From UHGV virus genome UHGV-0136760: a stretch of DNA of 15,014 nt; one strand, written 5' to 3'. The stretch is from a virus. How positions within the stretch are numbered: the first letter of the stretch is position 1; each line of letters opens with the position of its first letter. This document shows positions 1 to 7,030 of the stretch, piece by piece. The notes under the pieces are model-generated. The model searched no databases. It saw nothing but the letters and a program-made list of their open reading frames with translations, and was not told the DNA's origin. Both the position numbers and the translations under genes were made by a program.

Positions 1-22
1 TGCCGGGGCGTAGTGTAGAAGG

Positions 23-190
23 TTATGCTTTTCTGTTTTTTTTCTGTGCTTGTTTGCAGGCGTAGGCCATTGCTTTAGCTTTCACTTCGTCCAGCTTGCC
101 GGAGATTACTTCTTTCCCCAGGGTGACAAACCAGTCATAGCAACCGCCAGTCACGTTCTGGATTTGAAAGTTAAGATAGCGAACAGTCAT
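23..190 (-). CDS. hypothetical small protein (55 aa)
   Basis: Track ORF 23..232 trimmed to the internal ATG at 190, which has a GAGGA Shine-Dalgarno about 7 nt upstream on the minus strand. No recognisable domain. Confidence 0.4.
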   Translation of the reverse strand: MTVRYLNFQIQNVTGGCYDWFVTLGKEVISGKLDEVKAKAMAYACKQAQKKNRKA

Positions 191-250
191 TGTGGATATC
201 CTCAAATACAGCCAAACGTGCTGGTGGAACAAGCCACCAGCATTAAAAAA

Positions 251-436
251 TCAGTGGCGAATGCAGCCAGCGAAAAAGCAGACATGTGTAGGCGCTACCA
301 GGCGACGCGCTTCTTTTTCTGTTTCAGCTTCAATGCGGAAGGTGACGAGTTTTTTTTCTTTAGAATCGCGAGGAAGACCGCCGATGATCCATAGCGGGGG
401 GCGTTTATCGGATTTGGAATTAGCGTAAATATTCAT
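251..436 (-). CDS. hypothetical small protein (61 aa)
   Basis: Track ORF 251..520 trimmed to the ATG at 436, which has an AAGGAG Shine-Dalgarno 8 nt upstream. Sequence MNIYANSKSDKRPPLWIIGG...; no recognisable domain. Confidence 0.45.
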   Translation of the reverse strand: MNIYANSKSDKRPPLWIIGGLPRDSKEKKLVTFRIEAETEKEARRLVAPTHVCFFAGCIRH

Positions 437-677
437 AGTGTGACTCCTTGCATCTGGAGCCGCCGCAAGCTGTTCCACGGCTGGTGGCGGCGCAATACAG
501 GCTGGAACACCGTGAGTCACCGGGGGCTTTCAGCCACCCATATTGCGCCGCCATAACTATGACGCGGGCAATATTACAAAACTTAATAAGATTTGTCTCG
601 TTTGATTCGACGGTGCCAACCGACTAATAGGAATTTACTTAAAACTAATTTGTAGATCAACTAAAACTGTTAGAAAA

Positions 678-1283
678 TTAAGGTGTCAAATCAAGCGCCA
701 TCTTATAGAGCGTCATTTGGTCGGCATTGTGCCGTATAAAATCACTCTTACCGCCTACCTTTCCATCAGCATGAACGGGTACCAGCCAGGGATACTGTGT
801 CCGGACTTCTGCTGGCGCTGCATGTTGGTGATGCCATTTGCACAAAGGGAGGACATATTTATGTGCATCTGCGACTGTCCTGCCAAAAATGTGATGCAGG
901 GAGATGTGTGGACTATGCTTGCCATGCAACTGGCACGCAATACACGGTAAGGTGGCAATGGCACCCTGTATTCTGCGTTCTTCCGCTGTCAGTGAGCGCC
1001 CTTTTAGTCCGCGTGATGCACGTTTGGTTACTGCCACCTTTTTTACTTCCCCGGCAGAAGCCTTGCTCATAGCTTTCTCTTTTCGGCGTTCCTCTGCCTT
1101 CCTGACTGCTTCAATTTTTTCCTGACGATATTCAGGTGAAGCCAATTTTTCACGTGTGCGCTGATACTGGCGCTGTGCTCTCAAACGCTGTTTTTCCCGT
1201 TGTGATTCTCTCCACTCAGGATCGGACAATTTCTGTAGCGCTTTCTGGCGCTGCTTTTCCCACAGAGACAGTTTTTCTTTCAT
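678..1283 (-). CDS. HNH endonuclease, Ref-like (phage P1 recombination enhancement function family)
   Basis: 201-aa ORF. The N-terminal half is a highly charged K/R/E/Q-rich region; the C-terminal half carries an HNH/zinc-finger signature (CIACQLHGKHSPHISLHHIF ... LPLCKWHHQ). Assignment by motif recognition only. Confidence 0.65.
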   Translation of the reverse strand: MKEKLSLWEKQRQKALQKLSDPEWRESQREKQRLRAQRQYQRTREKLASPEYRQEKIEAVRKAEERRKEKAMSKASAGEVKKVAVTKRASRGLKGRSLTAEERRIQGAIATLPCIACQLHGKHSPHISLHHIFGRTVADAHKYVLPLCKWHHQHAAPAEVRTQYPWLVPVHADGKVGGKSDFIRHNADQMTLYKMALDLTP

Positions 1284-1330
1284 AGCGATACCTGGTTATT
1301 CATACGAGGACACTATGATTGATCGAATTC

Positions 1331-1358
1331 GTTAGAAATTCAAAATTGAATTTCTAAC
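1331..1358. promoter_or_regulatory. 28-bp palindromic operator-like site (GTTAGAAATTCAA-AA-TTGAATTTCTAAC)
   Basis: Perfect 13-bp inverted repeat arms with a 2-bp spacer, in the intergenic region between the divergent Ref-like gene and the rightward operon. A TTGAAT -35-like hexamer (1346-1351) lies inside it. Confidence 0.5.
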
Positions 1359-1403
1359 ACATTTTGGTAGTCTTTGCGCATTGCCTTCATTCGGGAGAAC
1401 ACA

Positions 1404-1556
1404 ATGCTGATTGTTTTGAGTGCGCTACACCTTCCGCCTCTAACTGACACCACCCTGTCTCATGGTCTGCTTTTGTTAGCGCTGGCACTTTTTGAACTTG
1501 GGATTGAGCTTTTTGCTTTGACGCTGTTTTTCGTAACGATGCTGGAGAAATTCTGA
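1404..1556 (+). CDS. small hydrophobic membrane peptide (50 aa)
   Basis: ATG at 1404 with a GGGAGAA Shine-Dalgarno 4-5 nt upstream. Almost entirely hydrophobic sequence (LLLLALALFELGIELFALTLFFV). Its stop overlaps the next start (TGATG). Confidence 0.4.
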   Translation: MLIVLSALHLPPLTDTTLSHGLLLLALALFELGIELFALTLFFVTMLEKF

Positions 1557-1849
1557 TGGCACGTGCTTTGAAGTTTTATATCGCTGGCCCCATGACTGGC
1601 TACCCTGATTACAACCGCGCAGCGTTCGATGCTAAAGCCAAAGAGCTTACGGAGCAGGGGTATACCGTAATTAACCCAGCCATGTTGCCGAATGGGCTTA
1701 CCCAGGCTGAATACATGGATATTTGCCTGGCGATGGTTCGTTCAGTTGATGCGGTGTATTTACTTAAAGGCTGGGAGGGATCCGCAGGAGCGCGGGCAGA
1801 GTACGCGCTGGCTGAAAAATTAGGCCTGATGACTGAGGTGGAGATATGA
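1556..1849 (+). CDS. DUF4406-like protein (nucleoside 2-deoxyribosyltransferase-like fold)
   Basis: N-terminal FYIAGPMTGYPDYNRAAF motif typical of DUF4406 / deoxyribosyltransferase-like proteins. GGAGAAA Shine-Dalgarno; its stop overlaps the downstream start (ATGA). Confidence 0.6.
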   Translation: MARALKFYIAGPMTGYPDYNRAAFDAKAKELTEQGYTVINPAMLPNGLTQAEYMDICLAMVRSVDAVYLLKGWEGSAGARAEYALAEKLGLMTEVEI

Positions 1850-2490
1850 GCAACCGTTTTTACATGTTGTGCCTTCGTGAAACGGTCGGTAATAACGCCT
1901 CATTCCATTGCCACAACGGTTATGGGTACAGTTCGGATATTGACCGCGCACATGTTTATACACGGGAAGAAGCCCAGCAGGAGTGGGAACGAGGACGAGA
2001 CATTGATCAGCCTGTTTGCGCTGATAGCGTGGATGCAATGGCTGTGTGGCACGTTGATTGCCAGTACATCCCTACAGAAAGCCTGATTGAGTCAGATTGC
2101 ACTGCGTATGTGGCCTACAAAAAAGGTAGCTGGAACGGCAACGATGTTTACTGGCTTCAACACGGTGGATTGCCAACAGATGACTTCAGTAAAGCGACCA
2201 TCTTTAGCGTCGCCAACAAAAACGAACCAGGAATAGTTTGGTTGCCATTTTCCATTGCTGATGCAGCAAAGCGCCGGACGTTCAATATCAATAACTTTAA
2301 CCGCAGAACAATGGTTCAGGGCGCAGGTTTAGTGATGCCTGAGTGGTTAAAAAAACAGAACAGACGAAAGGAATCACGTAGCGGTAAGGTGCGCTGGAAC
2401 TGTCCGTATTGCGGAAAAATCACCTGGCAATACAGCCCATATGATTTTGAAGGATGTCGTGATTATAACTGCGAAGGGTGGATGCAATGA
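1846..2490 (+). CDS. hypothetical protein with C-terminal zinc-ribbon (CPYCG...C..C), paralog copy A
   Basis: 214-aa ORF translationally coupled to the DUF4406 gene. C-terminal CxxC...CxxC motif. Near-identical paralog at 4590..5234. Confidence 0.65.
   Translation: MSNRFYMLCLRETVGNNASFHCHNGYGYSSDIDRAHVYTREEAQQEWERGRDIDQPVCADSVDAMAVWHVDCQYIPTESLIESDCTAYVAYKKGSWNGNDVYWLQHGGLPTDDFSKATIFSVANKNEPGIVWLPFSIADAAKRRTFNINNFNRRTMVQGAGLVMPEWLKKQNRRKESRSGKVRWNCPYCGKITWQYSPYDFEGCRDYNCEGWMQ
2005..2273 (+). repeat. 269-bp segment identical to 4749..5017 (core of duplicated gene)
   Basis: By-eye comparison of the two paralog genes: this core appears base-for-base identical, while flanking parts of the same genes are clearly diverged. 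Confidence 0.75.
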
Positions 2491-3149
2491 CGAAATACTA
2501 CCAGCGAATCGACGGCACAGAATTTAGAAATGTATGGGTAGTAGGCGATCTGCATGGCTGCCACACGCTGTTAATGAATGAGCTGGACCGCGTTGGCTTT
2601 AACCCGGAATGTGATTTGCTCATCTCTGTGGGTGATCTTATTGATCGTGGTCCTGAGAACGTTGAGTGCCTGGAGCTTTTACAGATGCCCTGGTTCAGGG
2701 CAGTAATGGGAAACCATGAGGATTTAATGCTCGACGGTATATCGCCAACGGGGAGTGTAACGAACTGGTTGATAAATGGCGGCGGTTGGTTCTACTCGCT
2801 GGATACGGATAAAAAAGCACTTGCTATGTCGCTGGTGGAACGTGTCAGACAGTTACCGTACATCATAGAGTTGAAAACCACGTCAGAAACTATCGTGATC
2901 GCCCATGCTGATTATCCGGACGGAGAATATCAATTTGGGAAGCAGGTGCCTTTTTTCACTGTTATGTGGGGCAGGGAACGCATCAGTGAGTCTATAGACG
3001 GCATCGGTGGAGAAATAGCAGGTGCTGACAGATTCATCTTTGGTCACTCACCTGTAAACATGCCTAAAACCTTCTGGAATCAGCACTACATCGACACTGG
3101 TGCGGTGTATTGCGGAAAACTGACGCTAATGCAGGTCCAGGGGGTTTAA
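2487..3149 (+). CDS. Ser/Thr protein phosphatase, lambda NinI (lambda PPase)-like metallophosphatase
   Basis: PPP-family metallophosphatase motifs GDLHGC, GDLIDRG and GNHE, and a length (220 aa) matching lambda phosphatase. Start taken at the ATG at 2487, which overlaps the upstream stop (ATGA), rather than the track start at 2478. Confidence 0.85.
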   Translation: MTKYYQRIDGTEFRNVWVVGDLHGCHTLLMNELDRVGFNPECDLLISVGDLIDRGPENVECLELLQMPWFRAVMGNHEDLMLDGISPTGSVTNWLINGGGWFYSLDTDKKALAMSLVERVRQLPYIIELKTTSETIVIAHADYPDGEYQFGKQVPFFTVMWGRERISESIDGIGGEIAGADRFIFGHSPVNMPKTFWNQHYIDTGAVYCGKLTLMQVQGV

Positions 3150-3165
3150 CTTTTCATGTGCCGCG

Positions 3166-3188
3166 CCGGGGAATAGCCGTGTCCCCGG
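3166..3188 (+). other. GC-rich hairpin (CCGGGGA-N9-TCCCCGG) downstream of the phosphatase gene
   Basis: 7-bp inverted repeat directly after the stop at 3149. Not followed by a T-tract, so not a canonical intrinsic terminator. Confidence 0.25.
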
Positions 3189-3223
3189 TCCGAACTATAG
3201 ATACAAAGCGCACAAACATAAGT

Positions 3224-3251
3224 GTTAGAAACTTGATTTTAATTTTCTAAC
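3224..3251. promoter_or_regulatory. second 28-bp operator-like site (GTTAGAAA-N12-TTTCTAAC)
   Basis: Same 8-bp outer arms and same 28-bp length as the palindrome at 1331-1358. Lies about 45 bp upstream of the 3295 start and overlaps a TTGATT -35-like element. Confidence 0.45.
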
Positions 3252-3294
3252 AGATTATTTTACCACTCGGAACAAAACTGAGTCGGTATCTATT

Positions 3295-4290
3295 ATGAGT
3301 GCAATTATTACCCCCTATGTCTCGCAAGAGACTGGTGTTGCAGTCTTTAAGGTAGATAAGGCCACCAGCGGCTTTATCGGTTCCGGTAGACGCTTCATCA
3401 TTTCCCCGTTACCACGCGAACAAGCAGAAAACACTGCTGATGGTATCGTAGACCTTAACTATTCGCTGGTGGCTAATGAATCCTTATCACCATTCTTCAA
3501 TAGTGAGCGTGTCTTTACCGTTCTTGGAGGCGAGGGTTCTTTAGTGTCATGGGTAAGTCGCAATATCCATGAATGCCAGGCGCATGACAAAACACTATGT
3601 AGCAACAGGTTAACTACCCATTTCCATAATGGTTCAGCCGTGCGTTTATGCTGGGATCATGACGCTGAGTACATGATGAAAGGCTACGACAAGTTACGTG
3701 ACCAACTGGCGCTTAACCGGGCCAACTGGATTATGAACTGGGCGGCTAGTGAGTTAAAACTCCCTGCTGAACGTGACCTGAGCATGGTTGAGCTTGCGTT
3801 CTGGGCTATTCGTCGCGGCCTGAAAAATGAGTTACCGGAAGAAGCCGGGCGTATCGCTTTGTGTCTGCCAAAAGATGAAATCCCTACCGGACCGCTGAAA
3901 GAGTCCGATATCACCTGGCAAAACAGTACACGTGAAATTGTGAATTTAACCGCAGAGCAGATCGTAACTATTGCCGTTGATGAAGATTCCGGCCTGCTTT
4001 ATATGCGCCGACCAAAAGCGGTCCTCGGTAAAAGCCCGGCTTATCTCCGGTTTGTGGTTTCTCGTCCGTGCATCGGATGCGGTGGCAAAGTTAACCACCC
4101 GTTCATGTACCGCGCCCGCTCGTTAAACGAACACGACCGCTGGGCTGTTCCTCTTTGCGATGACTGCGCCAGAAGCGCAGAAAACGATGTTCGGACATGG
4201 GAAAAAGCACATGGCATACGCCTTTACGTAGCCGCTAACCAGCTTTTCGACTTCGCCATTGAGCGCGGAGTGATCACGTTCAATAACTGA
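3295..4290 (+). CDS. DUF968-like (YdfU-like) phage protein with C-terminal Cys-rich HNH-like motif
   Basis: 331-aa ORF. C-terminus CIGCGGKVNHP...NEHDRWAVPLCDDC resembles an HNH/zinc-binding motif. Family assignment from memory of the DUF968 architecture; unverified. Confidence 0.55.
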   Translation: MSAIITPYVSQETGVAVFKVDKATSGFIGSGRRFIISPLPREQAENTADGIVDLNYSLVANESLSPFFNSERVFTVLGGEGSLVSWVSRNIHECQAHDKTLCSNRLTTHFHNGSAVRLCWDHDAEYMMKGYDKLRDQLALNRANWIMNWAASELKLPAERDLSMVELAFWAIRRGLKNELPEEAGRIALCLPKDEIPTGPLKESDITWQNSTREIVNLTAEQIVTIAVDEDSGLLYMRRPKAVLGKSPAYLRFVVSRPCIGCGGKVNHPFMYRARSLNEHDRWAVPLCDDCARSAENDVRTWEKAHGIRLYVAANQLFDFAIERGVITFNN

Positions 4291-4303
4291 TGGAAACAAC
4301 GCA

Positions 4304-4597
4304 ATGAGTCAAGGTAACGGTGACGGAGCTGCAAAGTGCAGAATCTCCACTTGTTTGATTAATGACAGAAAAATAGAACCGTGCGCGGCGCTGGCACAAT
4401 CTCTGGAGCAGGATGCTGAATACACGACGCGAAAAGGTCTGCTGAAATACAAAATCTATAACCATGAATTAATTCATTCACAAGACCTGATCATGCTGCG
4501 GTCTGGTGAATTTTCTAAATCGCCTATTCGAGTTTCATTTTGCCCGTTCTGTGGTGAAAGTCTGAAAACGTGGGAAGCGGAGGCAACCAGTGAATAA
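4304..4597 (+). CDS. hypothetical small Cys-containing protein (97 aa)
   Basis: ORF with cysteine pairs (CRISTC ... CPFCG) suggesting a zinc ribbon. Its 3' end overlaps the start of paralog copy B by 8 nt. Confidence 0.5.
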   Translation: MSQGNGDGAAKCRISTCLINDRKIEPCAALAQSLEQDAEYTTRKGLLKYKIYNHELIHSQDLIMLRSGEFSKSPIRVSFCPFCGESLKTWEAEATSE

Positions 4598-5234
4598 CCG
4601 CTTTTACATGATGTGCTTGCGTGAAACTGTGGGTAATAACGCCTCATTCCATTGCCATAACGGCAATGGTTACAGTTCTGATATCGATCGCGCTCATGTT
4701 TACACGCTGGAAGAAGCCCAAAAAGCCTGGAATTGTGGACGAGATATCGATCAGCCTGTTTGCGCTGATAGCGTGGATGCAATGGCTGTGTGGCACGTTG
4801 ATTGCCAGTACATCCCTACAGAAAGCCTGATTGAGTCAGATTGCACTGCGTATGTGGCCTACAAAAAAGGTAGCTGGAACGGCAACGATGTTTACTGGCT
4901 TCAACACGGTGGATTGCCAACAGATGACTTCAGTAAAGCGACCATCTTTAGCGTCGCCAACAAAAACGAACCAGGAATAGTTTGGTTGCCATTTTCCATT
5001 GCTGATGCAGCAAAGCGTCGGACGTTCAATATCAATAACGTTAACCGCAGAACAATGGTTCAGGGCGCAGGTTTGGTCATGCCTGACTGGTTGAAAGAGC
5101 AGAACAGAAGAAAGAAGTCGCGAAGCGGGAAGGTGCGTTGGAATTGTCCGCATTGCGGAAAAATAACCTGGCAGTACAGCCCATATGATTTTGAAGGCTG
5201 TAGTGATTACAACTGTGAAGGATGGCGAGAATGA
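4590..5234 (+). CDS. hypothetical protein with C-terminal zinc-ribbon, paralog copy B (GTG start)
   Basis: 214-aa ORF, same length and same C-terminal CxxC...CxxC motif as 1846..2490. The central part is identical at the nucleotide level; the ends are diverged. Confidence 0.65.
   Translation: MNNRFYMMCLRETVGNNASFHCHNGNGYSSDIDRAHVYTLEEAQKAWNCGRDIDQPVCADSVDAMAVWHVDCQYIPTESLIESDCTAYVAYKKGSWNGNDVYWLQHGGLPTDDFSKATIFSVANKNEPGIVWLPFSIADAAKRRTFNINNVNRRTMVQGAGLVMPDWLKEQNRRKKSRSGKVRWNCPHCGKITWQYSPYDFEGCSDYNCEGWRE
4749..5017 (+). repeat. 269-bp segment identical to 2005..2273
   Basis: See paired repeat feature; offset between copies is 2744 bp. Confidence 0.75.
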
Positions 5235-5839
5235 CAATTGACTATCAGGCACTGCGAGATGCGGCAGAACGTGCAATTCCAGCAATGGAACGCCTGTTAA
5301 TGTTGCCAGTTGATGATGATTTGTTAAGTGAACAGGAACTTAAAGATTACGGTGTGGATATTGATGCGCTCAACGCCTTCAAATTTCTGACCGGACCAGA
5401 AACCGTGCTGGCACTACTGGATGAGATCAACGCATTAGAGGAAGCGCGTATCAACGATGTTTGCCGTATTGCGGAACTAACAAAACAACTGGAGTTGGCA
5501 AAATCAAAACTCAACGAGCAGCGTGAGTATTACGAAGGTGTTATCTCGGATGGAAGTAAGCGCATAGCAGAACTGGAAGCGCGGGGAATAAAACCAGCCA
5601 AAGGTGAAGTTCTGGTCGTTGTATCTGGTTTTACTGGTTGCGGAAAAAGCGCCATTGCCGGGGAAATAGAAATCGCGATGAAGGCTATTGGTGTACCGGT
5701 TCAGTGGACTAATGGCGATGCGGAAAAGCGCATGACAGGAGCTGACTGGCTGACAGCGATTGAGATGTACAAACCAACAGTGCGCATCGTGGAAGTTAAT
5801 GTGCCACGCGCCGCTGGCATTCGCATCAAAGGAGAGTGA
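5231..5839 (+). CDS. Ead/Ea22-like protein with P-loop-like motif
   Basis: N-terminus MTIDYQALRDAAERA is typical of the Ead/Ea22-like family of lambdoid early-left accessory proteins. Contains GFTGCGKS, a Walker A-like motif. Start taken at the ATG at 5231, overlapping the upstream stop (ATGA). Confidence 0.6.
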   Translation: MTIDYQALRDAAERAIPAMERLLMLPVDDDLLSEQELKDYGVDIDALNAFKFLTGPETVLALLDEINALEEARINDVCRIAELTKQLELAKSKLNEQREYYEGVISDGSKRIAELEARGIKPAKGEVLVVVSGFTGCGKSAIAGEIEIAMKAIGVPVQWTNGDAEKRMTGADWLTAIEMYKPTVRIVEVNVPRAAGIRIKGE

Positions 5840-5840
5840 G

Positions 5841-6596
5841 ATGATTCACTACCACGGTGGGCCTATTACTCCTGATACGTGCGCAATGAGAGCATGGAAA
5901 GGGCGACATGCGTTTATCAGTTTTGCGCATTCAGGCCAGATCAATCTCGCGGCTGAATACTGTCAGTCGTTCGCGCTGGACAACGGTGCATTCACCGCCT
6001 GGAAAGCAGCTGGCAAAAACAAAATCGACTGGAGCGATTACTACGAGTTTGTTGCTCGCTGGAAGAATCACCCAGGATTCGATTTTGCCATTATCCCGGA
6101 TGTTATTGATGGCGGAGAGGAGGAAAATGATGCGCTTCTGAATGAGTGGCCTCACGGAAAACTAGCTGGCGTTCCAGTGTGGCACATGAATGAAAGTGAC
6201 GAGCGATTTATTCATTTGTGCAATGAGTTTCCGCGAGTGGCTATCGGTAGTTGTGGCGACTATGACGTAAAGCGCCCAACTCTTGCGGTAGCCAGAATGA
6301 AAGACCTGATTCGTCACATTGTTGATGAGTATGGTCAGCCGGTTACGAAACTACATGGGTTGCGCATGTTAAATCCGCTGATATTCACAAAATTACCCTT
6401 AGCCAGCGCAGATAGTACGAACGTCGCTCGAAACATCGGTATTGATAAAGCCTGGTCTGGGGCTTATGCACCTGCAAGTAAAGAGACACGCGCAGCATTA
6501 ATGGTAGAACGGATTGAGGCACACAATAGCCCTGGTTCTCTTGCGTATTGTGAACAACGCGACCGCTTTGAAATGCAATTGCAACTGGCAGTTTAA
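5841..6596 (+). CDS. TGT-like (tRNA-guanine transglycosylase fold) protein, candidate DpdA-like DNA 7-deazaguanine transglycosylase
   Basis: ATG at 5841 with an AAAGGAGAG Shine-Dalgarno. Three motifs in TGT order: LDNGAF (compare TDSGGFQ), VAIGSCGD (compare AVGGLAVGE) and ADSTNVARNIG (compare DCVMPTRNARNG). The protein is shorter (251 aa) than bacterial Tgt. Confidence 0.5.
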   Translation: MIHYHGGPITPDTCAMRAWKGRHAFISFAHSGQINLAAEYCQSFALDNGAFTAWKAAGKNKIDWSDYYEFVARWKNHPGFDFAIIPDVIDGGEEENDALLNEWPHGKLAGVPVWHMNESDERFIHLCNEFPRVAIGSCGDYDVKRPTLAVARMKDLIRHIVDEYGQPVTKLHGLRMLNPLIFTKLPLASADSTNVARNIGIDKAWSGAYAPASKETRAALMVERIEAHNSPGSLAYCEQRDRFEMQLQLAV

Positions 6597-6606
6597 GGAC
6601 TAACAC

Positions 6607-7029
6607 ATGACCACTATTACCAAAGAACGTGCGGAGATTAAATCATTCATCACAGGCTTCCTGAGCGACCCGGCGCACGATAACCAATCTTCAGACAGCC
6701 TGCTTGCCAATGTGTTTCGTATCGCGCTGGCATCGCTGGAAGCAGAGGCTATTGGTGAAGTTTCAGAGCAGCGACATGGCCTTGTTATGGATGGAACGGT
6801 ATATCTTGGTGAGAAATCAACTTATCGCATCATTAAGGGAGAAAAAGCGATGAAGTTGTTGCCGCTGGGGACGAAGTTTTATACCGCACCGCCAGTGCCT
6901 GTAGTGCCGGAAGAAAAACCAATGCCTAACCCTCTTAGCATGTACGCGGTTGATGCTGTTGCCGCTATTGCAGAGGTGAGAGGCTGGAATGCCTGCCGTG
7001 CTGCCATGCTTAAGGGGAAAGGAGAGTGA
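6607..7029 (+). CDS. hypothetical protein (140 aa)
   Basis: ORF with AAGGACTAA Shine-Dalgarno. Shares the N-terminal MTTIT start with the next gene. No recognised domain. Confidence 0.55.
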   Translation: MTTITKERAEIKSFITGFLSDPAHDNQSSDSLLANVFRIALASLEAEAIGEVSEQRHGLVMDGTVYLGEKSTYRIIKGEKAMKLLPLGTKFYTAPPVPVVPEEKPMPNPLSMYAVDAVAAIAEVRGWNACRAAMLKGKGE

Positions 7030-7030
7030 T

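Noticed and set aside
50-428. Plus-strand ORFs 50..394 and 192..428
   Set aside because: They overlap two minus-strand ORFs that have good Shine-Dalgarno sequences. Their low-complexity composition (runs of F) makes them likely shadow ORFs.
717-1125. Plus-strand ORFs 717..950, 797..1072 and 904..1125, and minus ORF 755..964
   Set aside because: All lie inside the Ref-like HNH gene; Cys/His-rich antisense or off-frame translations typical of shadow ORFs.
1284-1403. LexA box upstream of the Ref-like gene
   Set aside because: No CTGT-N8-ACAG motif is present in this interval; the palindrome there has a different sequence.
1820-2086. ORFs 1820..2038 (-) and 1877..2086 (+), and their duplicates 4474..4782 (-) and 4621..4830 (+)
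   Set aside because: They recur only because the underlying 214-aa gene is duplicated. They are off-frame or antisense to the coupled gene array and lack start signals.
2478-2489. Upstream alternative starts (2478 phosphatase, 5222 Ead-like, 5760 TGT-like, 6989 DUF551-like, 12643 TerL-like, 14590 dUTPase)
   Set aside because: In each case an internal ATG with a Shine-Dalgarno, or an ATGA overlap with the upstream stop, gives a protein starting at the conserved N-terminus. The longer track ORFs are read-through of the upstream gene's 3' end.
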